A stretch of DNA of 39,655 nucleotides from a virus: UHGV virus genome UHGV-0337752, one strand, 5' to 3'. The notes beneath the pieces are model-generated. The model worked only from the letters and a program-made list of their open reading frames with translations. It made no database searches and was not told the DNA's origin. Both the position numbers and the translations under genes were made by a program. This document shows, one piece after another, positions 26,086-35,986 of this stretch (position 1 is the stretch's first letter; every line of letters begins with the position of its first letter).

Positions 26086-26639
26086 GTGCGGCATGGAACC
26101 TGCCCTTATTCCTTTGTGTAGACGGGATAAACTATGAAATCCGTGAGGATTTCCGAGCTATATTGGATATCTTGTCAGCATTTTCTGATGATGAATTATC
26201 CGATGAGGAAAAAACTCAGTCAATGATTGAAATCCTTTACTGGCCTGTTATCCCACCTCCACAGAACTTGATAGAAGCTGCTGAAAAAGCATTGTGGTTT
26301 ATTGATTGTGGAGTTGCTCATGAGGATACACCATCACCACGTGTAATTGATTGGGAACAGGACGCAGGAATTATATTTCCGGCTATTAATAGGATTGCAG
26401 GGTTTGAGACACGCGGATTCCAAATAATACATTGGTGGACTTTTTATGGATGGTTCATGGAAATTGGGGATGGACTATTTTCTCAGGTCCTTTCTATCCG
26501 GCAGAAACTGTCAAAAGGGAAGCGCTTAGAAAAGTGGGAGCAGGAGTTTTTACAGAACAATAAAAAGCTATGCGAGCTTGATAAATCTACTGACAAATTT
26601 AAAGAAGAATTTGATTATTTTGCAGAGTTGCTAAAGTGA
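26082..26639 (+). CDS. Gp15-like tail assembly chaperone
   Basis: ATGA overlap with the upstream gene. Resembles bacteriophage Gp15 family proteins. Confidence 0.4.
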   Translation: MSAAWNLPLFLCVDGINYEIREDFRAILDILSAFSDDELSDEEKTQSMIEILYWPVIPPPQNLIEAAEKALWFIDCGVAHEDTPSPRVIDWEQDAGIIFPAINRIAGFETRGFQIIHWWTFYGWFMEIGDGLFSQVLSIRQKLSKGKRLEKWEQEFLQNNKKLCELDKSTDKFKEEFDYFAELLK

Positions 26640-26640
26640 G

Positions 26641-29106
26641 GTGATATTTTTGCAACCTGATGGAACGGTATTAATAGATACTAAAATCAATACTGATGGT
26701 GCAAAAATAGGAAGCGAAGATATCAAAAGGACGCTATCCGGCACAATGGACTATATAAAGTTGCTACCTCAGGCTTTTAAGGATATTCCTGGCATTATGA
26801 AACATACATTTTCATCTGCTTCTAAATCCATACAAAGTCTTACTCCAAGTGTACGAAATTTGCAAGACGAGGTGGACCGGTATAAAGATGCGTTGTATTA
26901 CGCCGAAAAAGCTGGTTATGGACTTGGTGATGCTCCATACGATAAAGCATTTGCGGGATTGCAGCGTGCTAAAAAGGCAATGGAGGATTATAAGAAACAT
27001 TTGCTGGGTGTTGACAATCAGCAAAAGAAAGCAAGCAAAAGTGGTGCTCGGTTTAATAAAACGCTAAAAGGTACAGAAAAATCATCCAGAGGCGCACGGA
27101 TGGGAATAGGTCGTATGCTTGCAACCTCCATCCTATTCAGTACCGTATTCCGCGCAATATCAGCGGTAACAGGCGGCCTTAAAGAAGGTATGGATAATCT
27201 GGCTCAGTATTCAGACAATACTAATAAAGCGTTATCTCTGCTTATGTCCAGTATGACCCAGCTCAAAAATTCTTTTGGCACAGCTTTTTCGCCACTGGTT
27301 GAATATGCAGCCCCGGCCCTGGCTCAGTTTATCAATTTGCTATCCCAGGCCGTCACATGGACGGCGCAGCTTCTGGCGGCATTAACCGGAAAGGATACAT
27401 TTGTCAAAGCAGTTAAGGTCCAGCAGGATTATGCAGATAGCCTGGATAAGACCAAAGACGAAACCAAAGATGCAGCCAAAGAAACAGAAAAGGCTATAGC
27501 TCCTTTTGATAAGCTGATACAGATAACTACCGGAAAGAAAAAGAAGGAAGATAAAAACGAACTTAAACCAGAGGATATGTTCACCACAGAGGAAGTATCC
27601 AATGATATTAAGCTACAGGCAGAGGCTATAAAAAATACTCTTGGAAAACTGTTCGACCCACTCAAAGAGTCATGGTTGCAGAATGGTCCTCAGGTAATGA
27701 GTTCTCTCCAAAACACATTCTCCGCCATTAAACAGCTTGCTGGTGATGTAGGCGCATCATTCATGCAAGTATGGAATGTAGAGGGATATGGAAAACGAAT
27801 TACAGATGATTTGCTGATTACGTTTGCTAACCTCACGGATACAGTGGGAAACCTGGTCAGAAATTTTGACACTGCCTGGAAATCAGGAGATACCGGAACA
27901 AACATAATGAGGCACCTGGGAGATATCATACTGGAAATCACCGGGTTTTTCCGGGAAGCTTCGGAAAGCTTGAAGGAGTGGTCAGCAGATTTAGACTTTA
28001 CGCCATTGCTGGAAAGCTTTGACCGCGTACTTGTTGCGATTCGTCCCATTGTATCAGATGTAGGTTCAGCAATTCTATGGTTACTTAATAATGTATTAGA
28101 ACCAATCGCAAAATGGGGGGTAGAGCAAGCACTACCAGCGGTATTTAATTTAATTGCAGCAGCGTTAAAAACAGTACATAGTGTGATTGAGGCGCTTAAA
28201 CCAATGGGAATATGGTTGTGGGAAAATTTTTTACAGCCTCTTGGGGAATGGACCGGAGATATCATTATTGCAGCTTTGGAAAAAATAGCTGAATGGCTTG
28301 AAAAATTTTCTGATTGGATAAAGCGTAACCAAAAATTAGTTGAAAATATTACTATAGCAGTTGTAGCATTTTTCGCAGGATGGAAGTTTTCAGAATTTGT
28401 TGCTGGTGTAAAATCAATGATAAATGTTTTGCAAGGAAGCGGAGGATTGATTAAGATTTTAACAACTTTAGCATCCAAACTTGATTTTACAAGTTTAAAA
28501 TATGCAGGAATGGCAGCAGCAATAGCAAGCGTAGTTAAAGCCATATATGATATCTATAAAAACTGGGACAAGATGACACCATCGGAAAAGGTTATATCTG
28601 GTATATTGGCAGCAGCAGGAGCAATAGCTATTTTAGCGGTTGCGCTTGGTGCAATAAGCGGACCAGCTATGCCAGTTGCAATAGGTTTTGCAATAGCCGC
28701 AGGGATAGCAGCCTCTCAAATTGCAGCAAATGCAGGAAAACGTGCCGCATCTACTGGATATTCTGGAGAATATGGAGGGAGAAGCGCTTATCCCATGTCT
28801 GCATATGCAGCGGTTCCGTATAAAATGCCGATGCTTGCAACCGGAACGGTAGTTCCGCCACGGGCCGGGATGTTTGCGGCTATCCTGGGAGATAACAACC
28901 GTGAAACGGAAGTGGTGTCCCCATTATCCACTATGAAACAGGCACTCAAGGAAGCACTGGCGGAAAGTAATATATCCGGCAGAAATCAAATCGCAACAGC
29001 CGAATTAGTGCTTGATGGGACTCGCTTTGGACAGCTTGTAGTCAAATTTGGTAACAACGAAAAGAACCGTGTAGGTGTAAGAATGGTGACGGAAGGAAGC
29101 GTATAA
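26641..29106 (+). CDS. tail tape measure protein
   Basis: 821 aa, alpha-helical, with Ala/Gly-rich hydrophobic stretches. Canonical position. Confidence 0.75.
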   Translation: MIFLQPDGTVLIDTKINTDGAKIGSEDIKRTLSGTMDYIKLLPQAFKDIPGIMKHTFSSASKSIQSLTPSVRNLQDEVDRYKDALYYAEKAGYGLGDAPYDKAFAGLQRAKKAMEDYKKHLLGVDNQQKKASKSGARFNKTLKGTEKSSRGARMGIGRMLATSILFSTVFRAISAVTGGLKEGMDNLAQYSDNTNKALSLLMSSMTQLKNSFGTAFSPLVEYAAPALAQFINLLSQAVTWTAQLLAALTGKDTFVKAVKVQQDYADSLDKTKDETKDAAKETEKAIAPFDKLIQITTGKKKKEDKNELKPEDMFTTEEVSNDIKLQAEAIKNTLGKLFDPLKESWLQNGPQVMSSLQNTFSAIKQLAGDVGASFMQVWNVEGYGKRITDDLLITFANLTDTVGNLVRNFDTAWKSGDTGTNIMRHLGDIILEITGFFREASESLKEWSADLDFTPLLESFDRVLVAIRPIVSDVGSAILWLLNNVLEPIAKWGVEQALPAVFNLIAAALKTVHSVIEALKPMGIWLWENFLQPLGEWTGDIIIAALEKIAEWLEKFSDWIKRNQKLVENITIAVVAFFAGWKFSEFVAGVKSMINVLQGSGGLIKILTTLASKLDFTSLKYAGMAAAIASVVKAIYDIYKNWDKMTPSEKVISGILAAAGAIAILAVALGAISGPAMPVAIGFAIAAGIAASQIAANAGKRAASTGYSGEYGGRSAYPMSAYAAVPYKMPMLATGTVVPPRAGMFAAILGDNNRETEVVSPLSTMKQALKEALAESNISGRNQIATAELVLDGTRFGQLVVKFGNNEKNRVGVRMVTEGSV

Positions 29107-29516
29107 TGGTACAGAATGGAAACGGAGTATTTACCATAGATGGAGTTAATCTCCGCCTATGGGTAAAATCCTTAAAGCGGAATTTTTCAGTTGCAGATAG
29201 TGAAAATTCTGGACGTTTGCAGTCTTACCGGATGCACCGCGATATTATTGGCACATTCTACAATTACACACTGGATATTGATGCAGAAAGAAGTAATCCG
29301 GCAGACTACGATACATTTTACGAAATAATATCAGCTCCGGTGGAATCGCATGATATGGTATTCCCTTATGGGCAGGATACCAAAGAATTTGAAGCATACA
29401 TAACAAGCGGTGATGATGAAATAAGAATCAACAAGAATGGAAAAGAGGGGGAACGTAACCACTGGACCGGGTTATCCATTACATTTACCGCTATGGAGCC
29501 GCAGAGGAGGCCATGA
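29106..29516 (+). CDS. distal tail-like protein
   Basis: ATGG overlap with the tape measure gene. 136 aa. Confidence 0.35.
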   Translation: MVQNGNGVFTIDGVNLRLWVKSLKRNFSVADSENSGRLQSYRMHRDIIGTFYNYTLDIDAERSNPADYDTFYEIISAPVESHDMVFPYGQDTKEFEAYITSGDDEIRINKNGKEGERNHWTGLSITFTAMEPQRRP

Positions 29517-29517
29517 T

Positions 29518-31311
29518 ATGTTTTTGAAGCAATCTATACTGTCTGATGCAGTGCAGAATACGGAAGGTTTGAAAATTGTATATGATGACCTTGCGCCCTA
29601 TGCAAAAGAGAACAGTACAGTATTTTTTGCATCCGCTGGATTAAAACCAAGAAGAGGTTTACATCCAAGAAAAGGATTGGTCCCAAAGGCAATAACCATA
29701 GAAGAAGAATATCCAGAATTAAAACGTGATGACGTGGTGTATCCCGGATACGCGTTATGCTTTCCGAGATTTTCACTGTTAAATGGAAAATACATTAACT
29801 TTCCAGACAATCCATTACCATATGGGTATATAAGCCCAGAAGTATCAGACTCATATGGGAATTTTGGATATACTGAATCGACAAATGGGCTTAAGCCGCA
29901 GGTGGGACTTCATCCAGGGCTTTTCTTAAATCCGCGTACTAGTAGCGCTCAATTTATTAAAGAACCAATACTTACAGTAACATTTAATCAAAAGTTTACT
30001 AGTGTCGGAATACTTATAACTTTTAATATGATGTCTGGTGATTACTGCACGAAAATAAAGGTTAAGTGGTTTTCTGATAATGAGATTTTGTCAAATATGG
30101 AATTTTCTCCAGATTCCACGCGATATTTTTGTAATAATTATGTACGAGGATATAATAAGTTGGAAATCATGTTTTTGCAGACCTCAAAACCTATTAGGCC
30201 AGTATTTGTAACCAGAATAGATTATGGCATATACCGAGATTTTCTGGACAATGAATTACTGGAAAGAAGTTGCCTACAGGAAATCAATGCAATATCGGAA
30301 AGCATAAGCATTAATACTTTGAATTTTACAGTCCGCACAACATCCAACATACCTTTTGACCTTCAAAAAAAACAGAAACTGGCATTATATTTTAATGGGG
30401 AGCTGCTTGGGAATTTTTATTTGAAGAATGGAGCGAGAAAAAATAAAACTGATTATCATATGGATTCGCATGACGCAGTAGGAGTATTAGATGGTAATGA
30501 ATTTGCAGGAGGTATCTATACAGGCCAGACAGTATCTGAGGTGCTTGCACAGTTGTTTGCTGGAGAGGATTTTAATTACCTGTTGGATGATTCATTCTCT
30601 GATATTCCATTATATGGGTACATCCCATATACCACTAAAAGAAATGCATTGGTATATATTTGCTTTGCTATTGGGGCCATTGCAGATACCAGCAACTATG
30701 ATGGTATTGTTATCTATCCGCAAGAAAATGCTTTAAGCGGTGAATTTTTACCTAATGAAGTGTTTTCTGGTGTTACATTGGAACATTCTGACATTGTGAC
30801 CGGAATCCGGCTAACAGTTCATATGTATCAAAAATCGGATGATACGCAAGAACTATATAATGATACTTTAAACGGAACAGCAGAGGTTATTTTTAACGAG
30901 CCTTATCACAGTCTGGAGATAACTGGTGGTACCATTGGTCAATATGGTGATAACTATGCTTACATAACCGGAATCGGTGCAAATGTAACACTAACTGGTA
31001 AGAAATACAATCATCTTACTACCTCAATCCTAAAAGAGAATCCAGATATTGTGTTTAACAAAAACATCCGTGAAGTAACAGATGCAACGTTAGTACACAA
31101 TGGTAATGCCCAGCAAGTGCTTGAACGTGTATATGCATATTATCAGCGCGCAGAAAATGTGATGGGTGACGTACTTATAGGCAACAAAAAATTAGGACAA
31201 AAAGTTAAAATTGATACAGATTATGACGGATACCGCACAGGCATTATTGAGAGTTACAATTATAGCTTTTCTCCCAATGAAATCAAAGCGGAGGTAAAAA
31301 TACATGAGTGA
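29518..31311 (+). CDS. tail-associated protein (Tal-like baseplate/tip protein)
   Basis: RBS AGAGGAGG 7 nt before ATG 29518. About 597 aa. Confidence 0.45.
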   Translation: MFLKQSILSDAVQNTEGLKIVYDDLAPYAKENSTVFFASAGLKPRRGLHPRKGLVPKAITIEEEYPELKRDDVVYPGYALCFPRFSLLNGKYINFPDNPLPYGYISPEVSDSYGNFGYTESTNGLKPQVGLHPGLFLNPRTSSAQFIKEPILTVTFNQKFTSVGILITFNMMSGDYCTKIKVKWFSDNEILSNMEFSPDSTRYFCNNYVRGYNKLEIMFLQTSKPIRPVFVTRIDYGIYRDFLDNELLERSCLQEINAISESISINTLNFTVRTTSNIPFDLQKKQKLALYFNGELLGNFYLKNGARKNKTDYHMDSHDAVGVLDGNEFAGGIYTGQTVSEVLAQLFAGEDFNYLLDDSFSDIPLYGYIPYTTKRNALVYICFAIGAIADTSNYDGIVIYPQENALSGEFLPNEVFSGVTLEHSDIVTGIRLTVHMYQKSDDTQELYNDTLNGTAEVIFNEPYHSLEITGGTIGQYGDNYAYITGIGANVTLTGKKYNHLTTSILKENPDIVFNKNIREVTDATLVHNGNAQQVLERVYAYYQRAENVMGDVLIGNKKLGQKVKIDTDYDGYRTGIIESYNYSFSPNEIKAEVKIHE

Positions 31312-31741
31312 GTATTTAGAAGCGCTTATTTTTGACCGTGTGCAGTCGGACGTGGATAACCTTAGGAATAAGGCATACATAGACTATGGAGACTTAAACC
31401 GGGTAGAGAATGCTATTAAGTGGGTATCCTATGTGCTTAATAAATATGGATATAAGCACACAATAGTATCAAAAACATGGAAACCACAAGACCATAGGAC
31501 GGATGCTGAGATGGAACGTCTACGTAAAAATATCGTTGCTATTCGGTCAGCTTATTACACATTTGAAAGTACTCCGCTTACTCCAGATAAAATTACATAT
31601 ACGTCAATTTATCAGGCCAATGCCATAGAAAAGATTATATATGATGTGGGAGATTTGATTGAAAAATCATTTCCAGGCCCAACCCATCTTGCATTTAAAC
31701 TTGGAACAAAGGCAATAGGAAATAGGAGCATAAGTCTATGA
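31304..31741 (+). CDS. tail protein
   Basis: Gene order. Overlapping starts. Confidence 0.3.
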   Translation: MSEYLEALIFDRVQSDVDNLRNKAYIDYGDLNRVENAIKWVSYVLNKYGYKHTIVSKTWKPQDHRTDAEMERLRKNIVAIRSAYYTFESTPLTPDKITYTSIYQANAIEKIIYDVGDLIEKSFPGPTHLAFKLGTKAIGNRSISL

Positions 31742-32205
31742 GCTTAAAGACGGATTATAAAAATGATAAATTTTCCGGGATGCGTAAATACCAGATTGTC
31801 ATCGACAGTACAACCGGATTGTCTACGTTGGAGGATAAAACCGTTTATGTAGAGGTAGGTGACGTATTCTCTGCTGACGATATCAATAATACCAATAAGA
31901 CTGTCAATAAAATAGAAGGAACAGTTGCGGATATGATTGGAACCATTAGGCTCAATTATCCTGCATCTGGGTGGAGCGCGCAAGCGCCATATAAACAAAC
32001 TGTTAGCAACGCAAACATAAAGAATACGGATGAGCCTGTACCAATGTTTGAATATCCCGCTATTAGTTCGGAGCAGCAACAGAAAGCTGTAGACAGAAGT
32101 GTGGGATATATTACCAGCATAATAACAAATAATGGGTCAGTGACTATTACCTGTGATTTTAGGAAACCAACAGCTGATTTTGTACTTGTATTGAAAGGAA
32201 TATAA
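31738..32205 (+). CDS. tail protein
   Basis: Gene order. Confidence 0.3.
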   Translation: MSLKTDYKNDKFSGMRKYQIVIDSTTGLSTLEDKTVYVEVGDVFSADDINNTNKTVNKIEGTVADMIGTIRLNYPASGWSAQAPYKQTVSNANIKNTDEPVPMFEYPAISSEQQQKAVDRSVGYITSIITNNGSVTITCDFRKPTADFVLVLKGI

Positions 32206-32207
32206 CG

Positions 32208-32627
32208 ATGAAACTTGGATTACCGTTTAAAGGAAGCGGGGTTGATGTTACCGGACTAACCGCTACCTCACCAAGAGTCAGAAAAGGAAAAACCTTTTAT
32301 GGAGCTGGGACCGATAACGAACAGTCTGGGACAATGCAAGATGTTGAATCGGTTAATCAAAAGATGGATATAAACGAAACATATAATATCATACCTGGAT
32401 ACCATGATGGAAATGATACCTTTTATCAAAATCTCGAAACATTTTATGGTACATTTGTTGACCCTGGTCCAGGTACACAAGTAGTTGAAACCAAGGGAAA
32501 ATATGCGATGTATGATGTTATTGTATTGGAAGTAAGCGGCTTGCGACCGGATGTAATAAAATATGGCGTGACAGTCGGCGAAGGTGAAGGGGAGATAACT
32601 GGTACATGGCAGGGTTTTGTAAGTTAG
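32208..32627 (+). CDS. tail fiber-associated protein
   Basis: Gene order. RBS AACGATG weak. Confidence 0.3.
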   Translation: MKLGLPFKGSGVDVTGLTATSPRVRKGKTFYGAGTDNEQSGTMQDVESVNQKMDINETYNIIPGYHDGNDTFYQNLETFYGTFVDPGPGTQVVETKGKYAMYDVIVLEVSGLRPDVIKYGVTVGEGEGEITGTWQGFVS

Positions 32628-32644
32628 TGAAATGGATGGTGTAT

Positions 32645-33547
32645 ATGGCAAAGTTGGCGTTACATAAATTTGGCAGTCAAGCGAATTTGGATGACTTAAC
32701 AGCAATTCCAGAGGATGTACTGGAAGGTAATATATTCCTTGGAAAAGGAAGCGAAGAGAAGCAGACTGGAACACTTCCAGACAAAAAATCCCCAACAATT
32801 ATATTGCCAGCAAATGGAGAAATAAACCTGGAGCCTGGATACTATTCTGGTGGGAAAGTTACTCAGAACATTGAAACCTTTAATGCGCAGACAATCGGTC
32901 CTGGAGCAAAACAAATCACTGTTAAGATAGCTGGAAAATATGGAAACGGCAATATCACCGTTAAACCAGTTAAAAATCTGACCCCTTCTGTCATTAAAAA
33001 AGGAGAATACGTTGCAGGAGTGGGACCTGGGCTGTGGGAAGGATATGTAAACGAGGACCCATATACCCCTTATCTGTTCGGAACATTTTATGGTTCCCAG
33101 GGTATTACATATTTCCGTTATACGACATATAGGCAAGGCACGGGTACAGTAAAGCTTGCAAGGGACCACATAGAAGCAAGCGCAGGGTCAGGGCAAACAG
33201 TAGCATTTGTGTTTGACCTACCTATCAATCTTACAAATGTAAAATCAGTTACAGTACAAATGTCAGGAACCGGAAAAGTTTGTAAGGTCATGGTGTGCCG
33301 GAATAGAGTGGAAAACTATATTGAGGAAGCATACCAATCAGGCTCGAGTATACAGTATAAGTACAATCCAAATCTGGGCGATATATTGCTTGATGGGTCA
33401 ATAGGGAGAAGCAGCTCTTCTGGGGCAGAATGGGAGCAAGAAAAGACATTTGACCTAAGTGGATTAACCGGAAATGCATATTTATATATAGGTTCGTCTA
33501 GTGCAGCATTTGATTACAACCTGTATTTAGCTAGATTTAACCTTTAA
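32645..33547 (+). CDS. tail fiber / receptor-binding protein
   Basis: Gly/Thr-rich beta-rich sequence. Start uncertain (32636 or 32645). Confidence 0.35.
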   Translation: MAKLALHKFGSQANLDDLTAIPEDVLEGNIFLGKGSEEKQTGTLPDKKSPTIILPANGEINLEPGYYSGGKVTQNIETFNAQTIGPGAKQITVKIAGKYGNGNITVKPVKNLTPSVIKKGEYVAGVGPGLWEGYVNEDPYTPYLFGTFYGSQGITYFRYTTYRQGTGTVKLARDHIEASAGSGQTVAFVFDLPINLTNVKSVTVQMSGTGKVCKVMVCRNRVENYIEEAYQSGSSIQYKYNPNLGDILLDGSIGRSSSSGAEWEQEKTFDLSGLTGNAYLYIGSSSAAFDYNLYLARFNL

Positions 33548-33558
33548 AGGAGTAGTAT

Positions 33559-34158
33559 ATGAATGATATAGAAAAAATCCAGGAGTATGTGCCAACCGTA
33601 TACGTTAATGACTCGGAACCAGATTTAAACGAAACAAATTTAAACAAAACGGAAGAAGCATTAAAACGGGTAACAGATGCAGCCAACAAAGCAATCGATG
33701 CGTTAAAACAATTGGAGCAGGAAAAGTTATCTCTATCTGCAATATCCAGCGTGCTGTCAGATGCTAATGATAAAGTCCCATCTTTGGCTCTGGTAAATGC
33801 AATGCAAAAAGAAATTGATGAAACAAATAGCAATTTGGACTCTAAAGCTAATGCTGATACAGTGTCTGGATTATCAGCAGACCTAAACAATGTCAAGGAA
33901 TCTATTAATCCACTCAAAACAAGCCTTGTGGGAGACATTAACAATAATACTGTGGGCGTTGTCAACATAGTTGCATGGGATTCCAATACCACCAGTACGC
34001 CAAAGTCTACGGGAAACACTATATATGGCAATGGATTTTGCCTTACATATAGCACAGGTAATCAATGGCTATGCCAACTGGCAATGGCTGTGGGTGACTC
34101 ACATTTATTTACCAGATACCGAAGGGATAGCGTTTGGAGCGGTTGGGAAACGAAGTGA
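33559..34158 (+). CDS. tail fiber protein (coiled-coil N-terminus, globular C-terminus)
   Basis: RBS AAGGAGTAGTAT before ATG. Heptad-like N-terminal half. Confidence 0.35.
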   Translation: MNDIEKIQEYVPTVYVNDSEPDLNETNLNKTEEALKRVTDAANKAIDALKQLEQEKLSLSAISSVLSDANDKVPSLALVNAMQKEIDETNSNLDSKANADTVSGLSADLNNVKESINPLKTSLVGDINNNTVGVVNIVAWDSNTTSTPKSTGNTIYGNGFCLTYSTGNQWLCQLAMAVGDSHLFTRYRRDSVWSGWETK

Positions 34159-34416
34159 TTATTTGTTCCACGATGGCATCCATATACCATTATTAAGGTA
34201 ATAGAATTGCATTCCCCCATTTGCTGTACTTATGTTGATGGCATATCCATATTCTTTATTTGCGCCAAATAACCACTGGAACCCAACCGTATTGTTATTT
34301 TGATCATATAAAAAATTCATGCCGGCTAAATTAATCAAGGCATAATCTGCCGCATTCGCTTTATGGCTTAAATTGCTATTTTCTAAATAAAAAAAGTTTC
34401 ATGAAAGGAGTTTATA

Positions 34417-34830
34417 TTGGAACAAATAAAATTAATAAACAATACAAAATATGACTTAGTAACAAATGGGGTGTCAGAATCAGGAGATTCCCTTACCCTT
34501 TCATTCCTTCCCGGCCTGGACGATTTCGAAACTGTAGAAGCGGAATTAAATCCATTGAATACAGAGAAAATTTACATACTTGATTCAAATGGTCATCCAA
34601 TGGAAGTGAAAACCGGGTTCACTCATCTGGTTGAAATGAGTAAAAAGCACGATTATGTTATATCATCCGAAACCGTAAATATCGGAACAGAAGAGGAACC
34701 AAACTATCAAACCAATGAAATAAGGGATACCGTTATGGTCGCTAAACTTCGCAGACCTGATATCCGGGATACAGTACAGACGTTGCAGGATACAGTAGAT
34801 GCGATGATTTTAAGTCAACTGGAGGTGTAA
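34417..34830 (+). CDS. XkdW-like protein
   Basis: Position immediately upstream of the XkdX-like ORF. RBS AAAGGAG. Confidence 0.3.
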   Translation: MEQIKLINNTKYDLVTNGVSESGDSLTLSFLPGLDDFETVEAELNPLNTEKIYILDSNGHPMEVKTGFTHLVEMSKKHDYVISSETVNIGTEEEPNYQTNEIRDTVMVAKLRRPDIRDTVQTLQDTVDAMILSQLEV

Positions 34831-34831
34831 C

Positions 34832-34957
34832 ATGTATACAACGTTGAAAAGACTATATAACAATGGTAATGGACCATTAACCGTTACCGAACTTAACCGG
34901 GCTGTGTCAATTGGATGGATTACAGAGCAACAGAAAAACAGCATAATTGGAGGATGA
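34832..34957 (+). CDS. XkdX-family small protein, 41 aa
   Basis: MYTTLKRLYNNGNGPLTVTELNRAVSIGWITEQQKNSIIGG matches the XkdX pattern (...GWIT.EQ...ITG). RBS GGAGGTGTAAC. Below the ORF-track size cutoff. Confidence 0.5.
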   Translation: MYTTLKRLYNNGNGPLTVTELNRAVSIGWITEQQKNSIIGG

Positions 34958-34959
34958 TT

Positions 34960-35700
34960 ATGAGAGATATCACATTGTGCCATCCGCGATTACAGCTTCT
35001 GGCTGGGCAGTTGGTAGACGAGTGCAATAAACAGGGTTTAAAAATAAAGATAGGTGAAACACTGCGGACTGTAGCAGATCAGGATGCTTTATATGCACAG
35101 GGCAGGACTAAACCGGGTAACATTGTAACTAATGCACCTGGTAGCAGCTATAGCTCCTATCATCAGTGGGGGACTGCTTTTGATATCTTTCGCAATGATG
35201 GGGCCGGAGCTTACAACGAATCTGATGGTTTTTTTAACCGTGTAGGTGCTATTGGTGTATCTCTTGGCCTGGAGTGGGGAGGAAATTGGAAATCCATTGT
35301 GGACAAGCCACATTTTCAGCTTCCAGACTGGGGTAGCAGCACATCTGGAATTAAAAAGCTTTACCGTACACCGGATGAATTTATGAAAACCTGGGTGACA
35401 GAGGAACGCACTGGCTGGATTAAGGACAATAACGGCTGGTGGTACCGCAGACCAGATGGAACTTACCCGGCTAATAAGTGGTGTATCATAAATCACCATT
35501 GGTACCTATTTAACAAAGACGGGTATGCTTGCACTAGCTGGCACCGCTGGAATGGCAGTGTGTGCGACCCGGAGGACGGCTCCGGTGACTGGTACTATTT
35601 CGACCCAACATCAGACGGGCCGCTAGAGGGGGCCTGCTGGCATAGTCAAGAAAATGGTTCGCAGGGAATCTGGTACATAGAGGATTCTGATTCAATATAA
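34960..35700 (+). CDS. endolysin: peptidase M15 (VanY-like) domain plus cell-wall-binding repeats
   Basis: RBS GGAGGATGATT before ATG 34960. M15 motifs SYHQWGTAFDI and GGNWKSIVDKPHFQL. C-terminal repeats GWIKDNNGWWYRRPDG, DWYYFDPTSDG (CW_binding_1-like). Confidence 0.75.
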   Translation: MRDITLCHPRLQLLAGQLVDECNKQGLKIKIGETLRTVADQDALYAQGRTKPGNIVTNAPGSSYSSYHQWGTAFDIFRNDGAGAYNESDGFFNRVGAIGVSLGLEWGGNWKSIVDKPHFQLPDWGSSTSGIKKLYRTPDEFMKTWVTEERTGWIKDNNGWWYRRPDGTYPANKWCIINHHWYLFNKDGYACTSWHRWNGSVCDPEDGSGDWYYFDPTSDGPLEGACWHSQENGSQGIWYIEDSDSI

Positions 35701-35750
35701 AAGCGCCAGAACCTAACTCTGACGCTTCTATATAATATACCATCTTCGGA

Positions 35751-35972
35751 AATATGCAACACGAAATGCAACACGGGGCCAGGAAACCGCATAAAACCGT
35801 TGTATTTTACGGGTCCGATTCCCGTCAGCAGCTCTTCCTTAAAACCTTGTAGATACGGTAAAAACAACGTATTTACAAGGCTTTTTCATGTTTTAATACA
35901 GCACTTCCTCCGTGTTGAGCATAGGATAATATGCTATTTTTTTAGATATATGCAACACGATGCAACACGGAA
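35751..35972. other. attP-like region: four direct copies of TGCAACACG in two pairs flanking a tRNA T-arm-like core
   Basis: ATATGCAACACGAAATGCAACACGG (about 35753-35777) and ATATGCAACACGATGCAACACGG (about 35948-35970). Between them lies ACGGG-TCCGATT-CCCGT, a T-arm-like hairpin. The region is immediately 3-prime of the minus-strand integrase. Confidence 0.45.
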
Positions 35973-35986
35973 AATATGCTGTTTTA

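Noticed and set aside
26060-26090. Programmed -1 frameshift between the two tail chaperone ORFs
   Set aside because: No XXXYYYZ slippery heptamer was seen at the overlap. The second ORF has its own ATG (ATGA overlap), so the two were annotated as separate genes.
27690-28544. 284-aa minus-strand ORF inside the tape measure gene, and the many 60-130-aa antisense ORFs (e.g. 1322-1627, 13975-14424, 15785-16174, 32268-32798, 33537-34055)
   Set aside because: They lie wholly antisense to long, well-supported plus-strand genes, lack RBSs and have Ser/Leu/Cys-rich shadow-frame composition. They are treated as non-coding shadows.
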